64,000 bases of DNA, taken from NCBI GenBank assembly GCA_964556915.1, contig CAZKYG010000100.1:22566-86565 (forward strand). The letters run 5' to 3'. The position numbers and the translations under genes were made by a program. This document shows, piece by piece, positions 45,629 to 54,411 of this stretch (positions are counted from its first letter, which is position 1; each line of letters opens with the position of its first letter). The notes beneath the pieces were generated by a model, which had not been told where the DNA came from, did not search any database, and saw only the letters and a list, made by a program, of their open reading frames with translations. The DNA comes from an uncultured Gemmatimonas sp. (lineage in GTDB: Bacteria > Gemmatimonadota > Gemmatimonadetes > Gemmatimonadales > Gemmatimonadaceae).

Positions 45629-46030
45629 TTACGGCGCTCTCGTACCAGGTGCGGCTCCGGTAGCACCCGCCGTTCTGCTGAGCATGCCCTGAACCTGATC
45701 GTATCGCGCCTGCAGGTCGCGTAATGTGCGCTGAAGCGTATCGAGCCGGGCCGCTTCGTCCTCCATGCGTGCGATTCGATGCGTCAGCAGTGGCACCCGG
45801 ACCGCCTGCGCGGCGAGATACCCCCAACTGAGGAGGATTACCAATGCAATGATGCGCGTACTCCGGCGTGTGGCTGCGCGAACGAGGCGCACATGCCACG
45901 GACGGAAGACGAACGTGCGATGCGCCACGCCGCTTTCACGCTGCACATGAACGATCATTGCGCCAAGGTCGTCGGCAAAGACATCTCCGTGTCCATCAGA
46001 CTGTGGTGCAACCGATGCCGCGCGAGCCAT
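45629..46030 (-). CDS. hypothetical single-pass membrane protein with coiled-coil tail
   Basis: 133 aa with TM RIIALVILLSWGYLAAQAV, followed by heptad-like RIARMEDEAARLDTLQRTLRDLQARYDQVQ. The start shares 1 nt with the parB stop (TGATG). Confidence 0.5.
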   Translation of the reverse strand: MARAASVAPQSDGHGDVFADDLGAMIVHVQRESGVAHRTFVFRPWHVRLVRAATRRSTRIIALVILLSWGYLAAQAVRVPLLTHRIARMEDEAARLDTLQRTLRDLQARYDQVQGMLSRTAGATGAAPGTRAP

Positions 46031-46944
46031 CAGATGGACTCCCGGTCAGGCCCGACCATCAAGTCGAGCAGCCGTTCAAGGTCGTCAGCGGAGTAGAAGG
46101 ATATCCGCACCTCCCCCTTGCCTCCGGAGGTGACCGTCACCGTGACATCTGTCTGCAGCTTTCGACGGAGTTGTGCCTCGATGAGCTGTGCTTCAGCGGG
46201 CCGCGTCGCCGGGGCTTTCGCATGGCGCGCCCGTCGCTTTGTATTGGCAGCCAGCTCGCGTACACGACGCTCCACGGTACGCACGGTCATCCCGCCACCG
46301 GCCGCTTCGCGCGCCAGCGTGTGCATCTGGTCGCCGCTCGACAGTCCGAGCAAGGCGCGCGCATGTCCGAGGGACAAGTCACCGGCACGCACCATCGTTC
46401 GTATCCCCTCGGGCAATGCCAGAAGCCGGAGCATGTTCGCAACGGTCGAGCGTTCCCGACCTACCGCATCGGCAACCTCCTGCTGGGTGAGCGAGAATCT
46501 CGTCATCAGCTCCTGGTACCCTTCAGCTTCTTCAATCGGATTGAGGTCGCTTCGCTGGAGGTTCTCGATCAACGCCAGCGTGAGAACGTCCTTGTCGTCG
46601 AGGTCGCGGACATGCACCGGCACCTCGCGCCATCCCAGCGCTTGCACCGCACGAAAGCGGCGTTCGCCGGCAATGAGTTGAAACGTGCTGCCACGCGGCC
46701 GAACCAGAAGGGGCTGCAAGAGTCCGTTCGCTCGGATACTCGATCGCAGCTCACCGAGCTCCGTTTCGCTGAACTCCTTGCGCGGCTGCAACGGGTTTGG
46801 GACGATCGCGGCCACCGCGACAGTCTGAAACTGTTCGCCGATTGAACTCCCTGCGACGCGGGACTCCTGACGAGAGGGTGATGATGCGACATGCATCAAC
46901 GCATCTAGCCCGCGGCCCAAGCGACGGACCTTGTCCTGTGCCAT
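46030..46944 (-). CDS. parB: chromosome partitioning protein ParB/Spo0J
   Basis: 304 aa with the ParB box (LLQPLLVRP..FQLIAGERRFRA) and HTH (TQQEVADAVGRERSTVANMLRLL). Confidence 0.95.
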   Translation of the reverse strand: MAQDKVRRLGRGLDALMHVASSPSRQESRVAGSSIGEQFQTVAVAAIVPNPLQPRKEFSETELGELRSSIRANGLLQPLLVRPRGSTFQLIAGERRFRAVQALGWREVPVHVRDLDDKDVLTLALIENLQRSDLNPIEEAEGYQELMTRFSLTQQEVADAVGRERSTVANMLRLLALPEGIRTMVRAGDLSLGHARALLGLSSGDQMHTLAREAAGGGMTVRTVERRVRELAANTKRRARHAKAPATRPAEAQLIEAQLRRKLQTDVTVTVTSGGKGEVRISFYSADDLERLLDLMVGPDRESI

Positions 46945-46971
46945 TAAAATATACTCTTGTAGTAAGAGGTA

Positions 46972-47769
46972 TTAAGTCGCCGCCAGCGACGTCTCTGCAG
47001 CCGACTCAGTCCTGGCAATTATTTCACGTACAAGTCCCAAGTATGCTTGCGCTCCAACTGACACCACGTCGTACGTAATAATGGGCTTTCCAAAGCTCGG
47101 AGCCTCTGCAAGTCGAATATTCCGAGGAATCACGTGCTCATACACAAGGCTGCCAAAATGGGATCTCGCGTCATCCGCCACTTGGCGAGACAGGTTGAGC
47201 CTATTGTCGAACATGGTGAGAACGACACCGTCAACCGCGAGCTCTTGGTTCAGCTCCTGCTGGACCACGCTGATCGTTCGCATCAGCTGCGACAACCCCT
47301 CCAAGGCGTAATACTCGCATTGAAGTGGGATAAGGACCGCATTTGATGCGACAAGCATGTTGAGCGTGATCAGGCCAAGTGATGGCGGGCAATCGATGAT
47401 CACGTAGTCATACCGGTCACTGACACGTGCAAGCGCCAACTTCATGCGCTGTTCTCGATTTGGCGCATCCACCAGTTCAAGTTCAGCGGCCGCAAGATCT
47501 GGAGTCGCGCACATGACATCTAGCCTGTCGAACTGCACCGAGCGCAGAATGGCTTGTTCCGCAGCTGCTGGCTCGAGCATGACTTCGTACGTCGTGGTGC
47601 TTTCGGCGGGTGGCGAACAACCAACTCCGCTCGTTGCATTTCCCTGCGGGTCGCCGTCGACCAGGAGGACGGCGCGTTCTGCAGCGGCCAGGCCGGCTGC
47701 GATATTCACGGCTGTTGTTGTCTTCCCGACGCCGCCCTTCTGGTTTGCAACTGCGAGAATTCGCGCCAT
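46972..47769 (-). CDS. parA: chromosome partitioning ATPase ParA/Soj
   Basis: 265 aa with the deviant Walker A NQKGGVGKTTT. Confidence 0.95.
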   Translation of the reverse strand: MARILAVANQKGGVGKTTTAVNIAAGLAAAERAVLLVDGDPQGNATSGVGCSPPAESTTTYEVMLEPAAAEQAILRSVQFDRLDVMCATPDLAAAELELVDAPNREQRMKLALARVSDRYDYVIIDCPPSLGLITLNMLVASNAVLIPLQCEYYALEGLSQLMRTISVVQQELNQELAVDGVVLTMFDNRLNLSRQVADDARSHFGSLVYEHVIPRNIRLAEAPSFGKPIITYDVVSVGAQAYLGLVREIIARTESAAETSLAAT

Positions 47770-47835
47770 CAGGTCACCATAGCAGAAGTTCGTGCTGGCA
47801 ACCTATTCGATCATGGTGGCAACGGCAAGCTAACT

Positions 47836-47851
47836 TGTTCCACGTGGAACA
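47836..47851. promoter_or_regulatory. parS centromere-like site TGTTCCACGTGGAACA
   Basis: Perfect 16-bp palindrome (18 bp with the flanking T/A) located 67 bp upstream of the parA start. It differs from the consensus TGTTTCACGTGAAACA at two symmetric positions. Confidence 0.8.
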
Positions 47852-47912
47852 ATGAAACCGATTAAAGAAACATTAGTTTCCAATGTTGCATATATCATAG
47901 CAGATCAACTGC

Positions 47913-49931
47913 TTATCTAATTCGAATCCACTTTAACGGCGCCGTCCCATCAACGCCGGTTCTCGTAACGACGAAAACAGGTCTGCCACGATTCGCGTTC
48001 ACAAGCAGTGAGTCTCTGGCTCCTAGGTCCCGTGCATATGTGTTGCCCGATGTGTTATCCAGCAGGAATGGCGGGTAGAGCGCGTAACCTTCACGATCCG
48101 CGAGCACGCGTGCGCTACATGTGCCATCGTACACGCTTCCTGGGAGCATTCGCTCGGTCGTGTCAGGCGAAACGTTGCTTGCCCGTATGAGAAGCGAGTC
48201 GGCCATCAGGTGACGAAGCGAAGTCTCAAGCAGCGCACCACGGGTATTGCCCGCTTCGGCTTGCGTCACGGCGTGTTCGAGGACACATGCGTCCGTGTGA
48301 GCATACAACCCCGCCGTCGCGCTGCGAGACACCCCAAGAGCCCACAGACGGGCCACCAGTTGCGCACCCCAACTTTCGTGAACGAACACGAGCGCGTCTT
48401 GCGCTCCTGCCCTGGTTGCTTCCGCGCCGTAGTCTTCGCGCATTGACGTGAGGCCCGCGCGGTACTGGGCGGCGCGCACCGGAATGGCAATGAATACCGT
48501 CAGCGCAAGCGCCGCCGCCATCGCACCGGAGGCGCCAACCCGGTACCAGCGCCGGACGCCTTCGACCGAGAGGCTGCGCCCAGCGTGCACGCACAACAGT
48601 GTCAGCATGGGGATCCACGGCGTGACGAATCGTGGTCCGAGGTAGAAGCCGTCGTGCCAGTACGCGAAATACAGGGCGCCGTGCACTGCAGTGGCCATGA
48701 GCAGGTACCGCTCGATCGGCGCCAGTCTCCGGAGCGTCAGCAGGCCAAGGACGGCCGGTAGCAGGGAAGGGAAAGGCGTCTCGAAGAGGTACGTGTTCAA
48801 GCGCGTCGCGTACAAGGAGAGCAACTCAACGCCACGCTGCGGCGTGTGTGCCTCACCCCATGGCGCCGGATGAAATCCGAGGCCATGTGCCGATCCCCAG
48901 AGCGCCTGATACCCGAACACGAACGGGGATCCCGTCGTACGCGCGTTCACCCACATGACGGCGAGTACCGGCACCGCGAGACCAGCGGCTGACACGGCAA
49001 GGGCAATGCGCGAACCCCTGTCCTTCCGCGCGCGCCACATGAGCCATCCCCCGGCCACGACACCAAACGCCACGGCATCCAGGGGACGCACAGCGAACGC
49101 CATGCCCGCACAAACGCCGGTCGCCAGCGCCCAACGGGCCACCCCGCGTCCGTCGCCCGAAACGGTGTGCCAAAGGCTCACGGTCGAGAGCACGAGCCAC
49201 ATCACGACGGGTCCGTGACTCATGTGAGAGGAGAACTGAAACGCGGCAAACGGTCCCAGGCCGAATACCAGAGCGCCCCCAAGCACGCTCACCGCTGCTC
49301 CGGCCGGCAAGAGGCGACGCAGCAAGCGGGCAAATGCGAAGACGGCTACGGCGCCACAAACCGGCCCAACGAGCCATTCCGCGTGAAGGAAGGTGCCGAC
49401 GACCAACATCGCTGGCCACCCCGGCGGGAACTGCGAGTAGACACGCGTGCCGGTATCGACAACGTGGAGTACGGAAAAGAACGCCGGCCAGATTGATACC
49501 GGAGTAGACAGGTGCCCGGCCGCGTACATGCGTGCCTGCAGCACCTGGACAATCTCGTCGATCAAGAGAGGACGCCCGTCGAATACGACGCGAGCGATCA
49601 GGGCGTACAGAAGGCCGCAGCCCACGGCGACGACGACGTCGGCGGCGAGCGGAGCGACCAGCAACCGGCGGCGGAGCGACGTCACAAATCGCGTGACGGC
49701 GCTAAAGCGAACCGTGCGACCGATGACGACGGACAGGACACCCGCGCCGACACAAATCAGCGACCCGTATGCCCACTCGACCCATCGGCTCCCGTAGGCG
49801 GCGTCGGTCAGCCCGCCAGGTATCCAGTTGGCGACCGGGAGAACCCCAAGGCACAACAGGACGATGCCAATCCCGCGCGTAAGGATCCAGTCTGCGCGCC
49901 GCCACGCGATGGCCGCACGGTCACCCGTCAA
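47913..49931 (-). CDS. polytopic membrane protein, GT-C (ArnT/PMT-like) glycosyltransferase candidate
   Basis: 672 aa with more than 10 TM segments and a loop motif LLIDEIVQVLQARMYAAGH (the DE motif of GT39/GT83-type enzymes). Soluble C-terminal ~130 aa. The TTG start overlaps the mnmG stop (TTGA). Confidence 0.6.
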   Translation of the reverse strand: MTGDRAAIAWRRADWILTRGIGIVLLCLGVLPVANWIPGGLTDAAYGSRWVEWAYGSLICVGAGVLSVVIGRTVRFSAVTRFVTSLRRRLLVAPLAADVVVAVGCGLLYALIARVVFDGRPLLIDEIVQVLQARMYAAGHLSTPVSIWPAFFSVLHVVDTGTRVYSQFPPGWPAMLVVGTFLHAEWLVGPVCGAVAVFAFARLLRRLLPAGAAVSVLGGALVFGLGPFAAFQFSSHMSHGPVVMWLVLSTVSLWHTVSGDGRGVARWALATGVCAGMAFAVRPLDAVAFGVVAGGWLMWRARKDRGSRIALAVSAAGLAVPVLAVMWVNARTTGSPFVFGYQALWGSAHGLGFHPAPWGEAHTPQRGVELLSLYATRLNTYLFETPFPSLLPAVLGLLTLRRLAPIERYLLMATAVHGALYFAYWHDGFYLGPRFVTPWIPMLTLLCVHAGRSLSVEGVRRWYRVGASGAMAAALALTVFIAIPVRAAQYRAGLTSMREDYGAEATRAGAQDALVFVHESWGAQLVARLWALGVSRSATAGLYAHTDACVLEHAVTQAEAGNTRGALLETSLRHLMADSLLIRASNVSPDTTERMLPGSVYDGTCSARVLADREGYALYPPFLLDNTSGNTYARDLGARDSLLVNANRGRPVFVVTRTGVDGTAPLKWIRIR

Positions 49932-51829
49932 CGCACTGCGACCGGCGGTCGGGGATGCGCGCGCCAGCGCTCCAGCTCCAGCACGAGGTTCTGCAAGTCG
50001 GCCGGACTGACACCGGGAATCGTCGCTGCCTGGGCCAGCGTCACGGGTTTGCGCGTGTGCAGCTTCTGGCGCGCTTCCGTGCTGAGCGTTGTCATCAGCG
50101 TGTATGGCGCATCCTCAGGAAGCGCAAACGTCCCCATGGTGCGAAGACGCTCGGCGCTCGCGCGTTCCCGGGCAAAATAGCCGGCATACTTGATCTCGAG
50201 TTCGACGGTGGTCGTGATTTCGCGGTCGCGAGGCGCCGGAATTCCGGCGGCGCACATGACGTCCCGAAGTGAAACGCCAGTGCGGCGCGCCACGTCAGCG
50301 GCACGCATGGCATGGGGCAGGGGGCCGGACCCGGCGGCCACCAGCACGTCGGCAACGCACGCCGGCTCCACGCGAGTGTCCCGAAGGGAACGCAGGAGAG
50401 CGTCTTCCTCGGCCAGGCGCCGGTCAACAAGACGCCGTTCGTCGTCGGAGTACAAGCCGAGCGTAGTTGCCAATGGCGCGAGGCGACGCAGTGCGTTGTC
50501 CTGACGAACCGTAAGCCTGAATTCGCTGCGCGAGGTGAAGAGGCGATACGGCTCGTCCACGCCACGTGTGACAAGGTCATCGACGAGCACGCCGACATAG
50601 GACGACTCGCGCCCCAGGGATACGGGCTCGCGACCCTGCGAGGTCCGGCCCGCATTCAACCCGGCCACGACGCCCTGGGCTGCCGCCTCCTCGTACCCCG
50701 TGGTGCCGTTGATCTGTCCGGCCAGGAACAGGCCCGGGACAAGCCGCGACTCCAGCCAGGGATAGAGGTCCGTCGGTGGATAGTAGTCGTACTCGATCGC
50801 GTACCCGGGGCGCGTCATCTCGACGCGCTCGAGTCCGGCTACGGCGCGCAACATTGTGCGCTGCACGTCGGGTGGGAGCGACGTCGAGAGCCCGTTGACG
50901 TACAGTTCGGGGGTATCGAGGCCCTCCGGTTCCAGAAACACCTGATGTCGCTCGGCGTCAGGAAACCGGACGATCTTGTCCTCGATCGACGGGCAGTACC
51001 GCGGGCCGCGCGCGCCGATGGCACCACCGTACATGGCCGATAACGCCAGGTTGTCCGCGACAATGGCCTTCACCTGATCGCCCGTCCATGTCAGCCAGCA
51101 CGGACGCTGGGGAAGATCACAGGCCCTGGACCCGAACCCCGACCAGCGATAGTCAAACTCGGCGAGTTCGCTCTCCTGGCGCTGCATCTTGGAGTAGTCG
51201 ACGCTTCGGCCGTCGATCCGCGGCGGAGTGCCGGTCTTGAATCGTCCCGTGGCAAACCCGCGCGACGCGAGCTGCACGGCCAGGTCCGATGTTGGCGCTT
51301 CGCCCGCTCGCCCCGCCGGCGTCTGGATGTCGGTGCCAATGAAGATCCGGCCGCGAAGGAACGTGCCGGTCGCAATCACTACGGTGCGCGCGTTGATACA
51401 CGACCCATCCACGCCCCTGACCCCTGCAACGCGTTCACGGTCGAATAGCAGCCCGGCAACCGTGAGCGACACAATGTCGAGGTTGGGCACGTCGCGGAGG
51501 AGTGACAGTACCGCCGCGCGATAGCGCGCACGATCGCACTGCGCCCGTGGCGCCCATACGGCCGGCCCCTTGCCGCGGTTGAGCATCCGGAACTGAATTG
51601 CCGATCGGTCGGTTGCGCGGCCCATGATGCCACCCAGCGCATCGACCTCACGGGCCACGGTACCCTTGGCGATGCCGCCGATCGCCGGGTTGCACGACAT
51701 CTGCCCGACCGTGTCGAGCCGGCTCGTCACGAGGGCGACATGGCGCGCGCCGCTGCGCGCCGCGGCAACCGCTGCCTCAGCGCCGGCGTGCCCGCCGCCG
51801 ACGACAACGACGTCGTACGCGGTCGTCAC
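49928..51829 (-). CDS. mnmG: tRNA uridine 5-carboxymethylaminomethyl modification enzyme MnmG (GidA)
   Basis: 633 aa with the FAD motif YDVVVVGGGHAGAEAA, and SCNPAIGGIAKG. Confidence 0.97.
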   Translation of the reverse strand: MTTAYDVVVVGGGHAGAEAAVAAARSGARHVALVTSRLDTVGQMSCNPAIGGIAKGTVAREVDALGGIMGRATDRSAIQFRMLNRGKGPAVWAPRAQCDRARYRAAVLSLLRDVPNLDIVSLTVAGLLFDRERVAGVRGVDGSCINARTVVIATGTFLRGRIFIGTDIQTPAGRAGEAPTSDLAVQLASRGFATGRFKTGTPPRIDGRSVDYSKMQRQESELAEFDYRWSGFGSRACDLPQRPCWLTWTGDQVKAIVADNLALSAMYGGAIGARGPRYCPSIEDKIVRFPDAERHQVFLEPEGLDTPELYVNGLSTSLPPDVQRTMLRAVAGLERVEMTRPGYAIEYDYYPPTDLYPWLESRLVPGLFLAGQINGTTGYEEAAAQGVVAGLNAGRTSQGREPVSLGRESSYVGVLVDDLVTRGVDEPYRLFTSRSEFRLTVRQDNALRRLAPLATTLGLYSDDERRLVDRRLAEEDALLRSLRDTRVEPACVADVLVAAGSGPLPHAMRAADVARRTGVSLRDVMCAAGIPAPRDREITTTVELEIKYAGYFARERASAERLRTMGTFALPEDAPYTLMTTLSTEARQKLHTRKPVTLAQAATIPGVSPADLQNLVLELERWRAHPRPPVAVR

Positions 51830-51868
51830 CGGTTGCCTGCCTCACGTGCTCGCGGATATCGTCGCCAG

Positions 51869-52159
51869 ATGCCCATACAACTCTCTGCCGGGTCCCCAAC
51901 CATCGTGGTTCGTCGCGCGGCGTTCGAACGCGCCTCACTCAGCCGTCGGGCAATCGATCAGGCTCTCGTGCTTACCGACGAGGAATTCCGCGTCGAACGT
52001 GAGTTGATCGCCATCGGCCCCATCTACGACAGCGACGGCCTGGGGGCGCTCGTTCGCGCGTTCGAAGATGCGGGCCTGCAGTACTTCGACGACTTCTTCG
52101 AGATGAGTGGCAACTGGCCGGACTGGCTCACGGTCCACGTGATGTCACGCGACGCGTGA
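51869..52159 (+). CDS. hypothetical protein
   Basis: 96 aa from the internal ATG at 51869 (MPIQLSAGSPTIVVRRAAFERASL...FFEMSGNWPDWLTVHV). No family recognised. The upstream part of the ORF overlaps mnmG antisense. Confidence 0.4.
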   Translation: MPIQLSAGSPTIVVRRAAFERASLSRRAIDQALVLTDEEFRVERELIAIGPIYDSDGLGALVRAFEDAGLQYFDDFFEMSGNWPDWLTVHVMSRDA

Positions 52160-52178
52160 GTCGGATGCCGTTCGGTCG

Positions 52179-53162
52179 CTACTTCCCGAGGTGCTTTCTG
52201 AAGAACTCGATCGTTCGCGGCCACGCATCTTTGGTTGCGGCGAGATTCGCCGCGCCGTTCGGGGATGGTTGGCCCTGAGGCGTCGCGTCATCCTGGGCGC
52301 GCAGAAATCCGTGAATCGCACCTTCGTAATTTCGTCCGAAATAGTCCTTGCCCAGGGCTTTCATGGCGGAATCGATCGCGGGCATTGCCGCGGTGATCCG
52401 CGCATCGCCCGTGCCGCTGAGGAGCATCACCGGAACCTTGATCTTCGCCAGCGAATCGCCATTGACGGCGGATCCTTGCATGTAAGGCGTTCCGTAATAC
52501 GCAACCGCGGCGGAGAAACCCGGCACACCGTTGTTGATCGCATGCTGCCATGACGTTTGTCCGCCCCAGCAGTAGCCCACGACGCCGTACTTGTGCAGGG
52601 CCGACGGCTGGGACATCGCATAACTCGCCGCTGCCGCAATGCCGGCATTCTTGTCCGCGACGGAGACCGAGGCGATCAGCCGACGCGCCGAGTCCGCGCC
52701 CAACTCGACGGTACTTGGACCGCCGCGGGCACGCGACACGAGGTCCGGAGCGATCGAGATATAGCCATCGGCAGCAAGCTGGTCCGCCACCCCGCGCACC
52801 CAGGTCTGCAGTCCAAAAATCTCATGCACGACGACAACAACCGGCGCCTTGTCGCTGCGGACTGGATAGACAATCCACGCCATCAGCGAGTCACTCGATC
52901 CCGGAGACCACGCGAGCTTGACCCACTCACCGTGTCGCGGGCTCGCCTCGATGCGTGCCTTGGCCGTGGTTGCGCTCGGCGGCAGACCGGGGGTTCCTTG
53001 GGCGAATCCGCCCGCGCGTGGACTGGCGTTTGGCGCCGCCATGTCTGCCATGGCCATATGCGCCATGTGATCGTCGGCTGCGACCGGCTGGCTTGGCTGC
53101 CAGCGCTGGATTGTGCACGCCGAAAGGCCCACGGCCGCAAGGGAAAGGATTTTTCGGGTCAT
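52179..53162 (-). CDS. dienelactone hydrolase family protein (lipoprotein signal)
   Basis: 327 aa with signal plus lipobox MTRKILSLAAVGLSAC, the DLH pattern VVVVVHEIFGLQTWVRGVADQLAADGY, and the nucleophile region GYCWGG. Confidence 0.82.
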   Translation of the reverse strand: MTRKILSLAAVGLSACTIQRWQPSQPVAADDHMAHMAMADMAAPNASPRAGGFAQGTPGLPPSATTAKARIEASPRHGEWVKLAWSPGSSDSLMAWIVYPVRSDKAPVVVVVHEIFGLQTWVRGVADQLAADGYISIAPDLVSRARGGPSTVELGADSARRLIASVSVADKNAGIAAAASYAMSQPSALHKYGVVGYCWGGQTSWQHAINNGVPGFSAAVAYYGTPYMQGSAVNGDSLAKIKVPVMLLSGTGDARITAAMPAIDSAMKALGKDYFGRNYEGAIHGFLRAQDDATPQGQPSPNGAANLAATKDAWPRTIEFFRKHLGK

Positions 53163-53210
53163 GACCGGGCACCGGATGGAGACGGGATGTGAAGCATACC
53201 AGCTGCGCCA

Positions 53211-54140
53211 TCAGGGTGCGAGACCTCCTCCCGTCGCGCGCGCCGAGAGCTCCGTGTTGTGCGCGCGCTGAAGCCCATCGCGCGACAGGACGAGATACGT
53301 GCCGTCGTCGGTCGAGATGGTGTCGGCGAAACGCTGGGCCGTGGTGTAGTCGCCGATTCCGGGCAGGCCGCCGGCGATATCTACCGATGCGCCGTCAATG
53401 TGCAGGATCAGGTCTCCAATCGCCCGGATGACCGATGCGTCGAACAAGAACCCGGTTCGCGCCACCACCGCCCGTGGACGGGCCCGCAGCGCGTTGAGTG
53501 TCTCGGCGAGCGTTGCCGCCTGCGGGGCGGTGAAATCGCAAACAAGTTCGAGCGCCGCTGGTGTCGCGCGCAGCCCGTGCACCGCGTCCGCGACCTCCCC
53601 GACCAGCACGAAGCCGATCCCGGCCATCCTCACCGCCGACAGCAGGCGTCGCAGTACGGCATCCGGCGAATCGAGGGCGAGCAATGCCGCCGAGAGGCGA
53701 TCGGCGGACGACGCCGGCGACCCCTGGGCAACACCGAGTGTCACGCGCTGGCTGTTCCGGTTGTGGGGAGGTGACTTTCGAGGGCGACCACGCGGTTGGG
53801 GAGGGGCACGATGAATCGCCGATGCCAACGCGAGCGCGGCGCTGTCGTGAAACCGTCCAAGGTCGACGCTCAGGGCGAGAACGGCGTCGCTGGTCGTGGC
53901 AACCCGGACGCGCCCCGCGTCCGGGCCAAGGGCCAGCAGTGTATCTGCGGCACGGGCGGCATCATTCAGCGGCGTTCGAAATCCTGATGAGATGAGGTGA
54001 ACGAGGCGCCACCACGACGCGTCGGCTGGTTCACGCCCGAGCGGCCGTCCAAGCCGATGCGCGGAGTTGTAGAGCCACTTTATCTGGCACCCGACAGCTC
54101 GGGACAGTACCGCATCGGAAAGCAAGGCGGATATTTCCAA
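53211..54140 (-). CDS. hypothetical protein with AT-hook (PRGRPRK) and degenerate nucleotidyltransferase-like C-terminal domain
   Basis: 309 aa with a TTG start per the ORF track (uncertain). The linker is APPQPRGRPRKSPP. The C-terminal VLVGEVADAVHGLRATPAALELVCD resembles the GG.A...HG..R.T.DLD nucleotidyltransferase motif, with the Asp pair not conserved. Confidence 0.5.
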   Translation of the reverse strand: MEISALLSDAVLSRAVGCQIKWLYNSAHRLGRPLGREPADASWWRLVHLISSGFRTPLNDAARAADTLLALGPDAGRVRVATTSDAVLALSVDLGRFHDSAALALASAIHRAPPQPRGRPRKSPPHNRNSQRVTLGVAQGSPASSADRLSAALLALDSPDAVLRRLLSAVRMAGIGFVLVGEVADAVHGLRATPAALELVCDFTAPQAATLAETLNALRARPRAVVARTGFLFDASVIRAIGDLILHIDGASVDIAGGLPGIGDYTTAQRFADTISTDDGTYLVLSRDGLQRAHNTELSARATGGGLAP

Positions 54141-54300
54141 AGGAGATGTGCTGGTACAATAACATCTCCAATCTAGATGCTATTAGATGGTTCCGTAACT
54201 GTGTCGCTAATATCAAGCCATTATGAAGACATTATTGATGCATTAACAACTCATCTGTGCTTGTTCATGCTTAATAACCAGCGCTGGAGTTTGACGCTCT
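54141..54300. other. anomalously AT-rich divergent intergenic tract
   Basis: My hand count is 64 G+C in 160 nt (40%), and 52/140 (37%) for 54141-54280. It contains the inverted repeat GGAGATGT-N12-ACATCTCC (54142-54169) and five AGATG/CATCT pentamers. Confidence 0.7.
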
Positions 54301-54411
54301 CGACATTGATTCCGGAGTCCGGCCATGCACATGGCCGGTGAGTCTTTCAGGCGAGACCGATCACGGCTACGTTGCGCCAACGACAGTCGCCCAGTCCCCC
54401 CGTGCCTGAAG

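Noticed and set aside
47770-47835. Leaderless parA promoter (TTGCCA ... TATGGT ending 6 nt before the ATG)
   Set aside because: The hexamers are only 14 nt apart, which is too short for a standard sigma-70 promoter. I did not call it.
54177-54341. 54-codon ATG ORF inside the AT-rich tract (MLLDGSVTVSLISSHYEDIIDALTTHLCLFMLNNQRWSLTLSTLIPESGHAHGR)
   Set aside because: I saw no Shine-Dalgarno sequence. It runs through the GC-rich palindrome and has no recognisable family. It could be real, but I cannot support it from the sequence alone.
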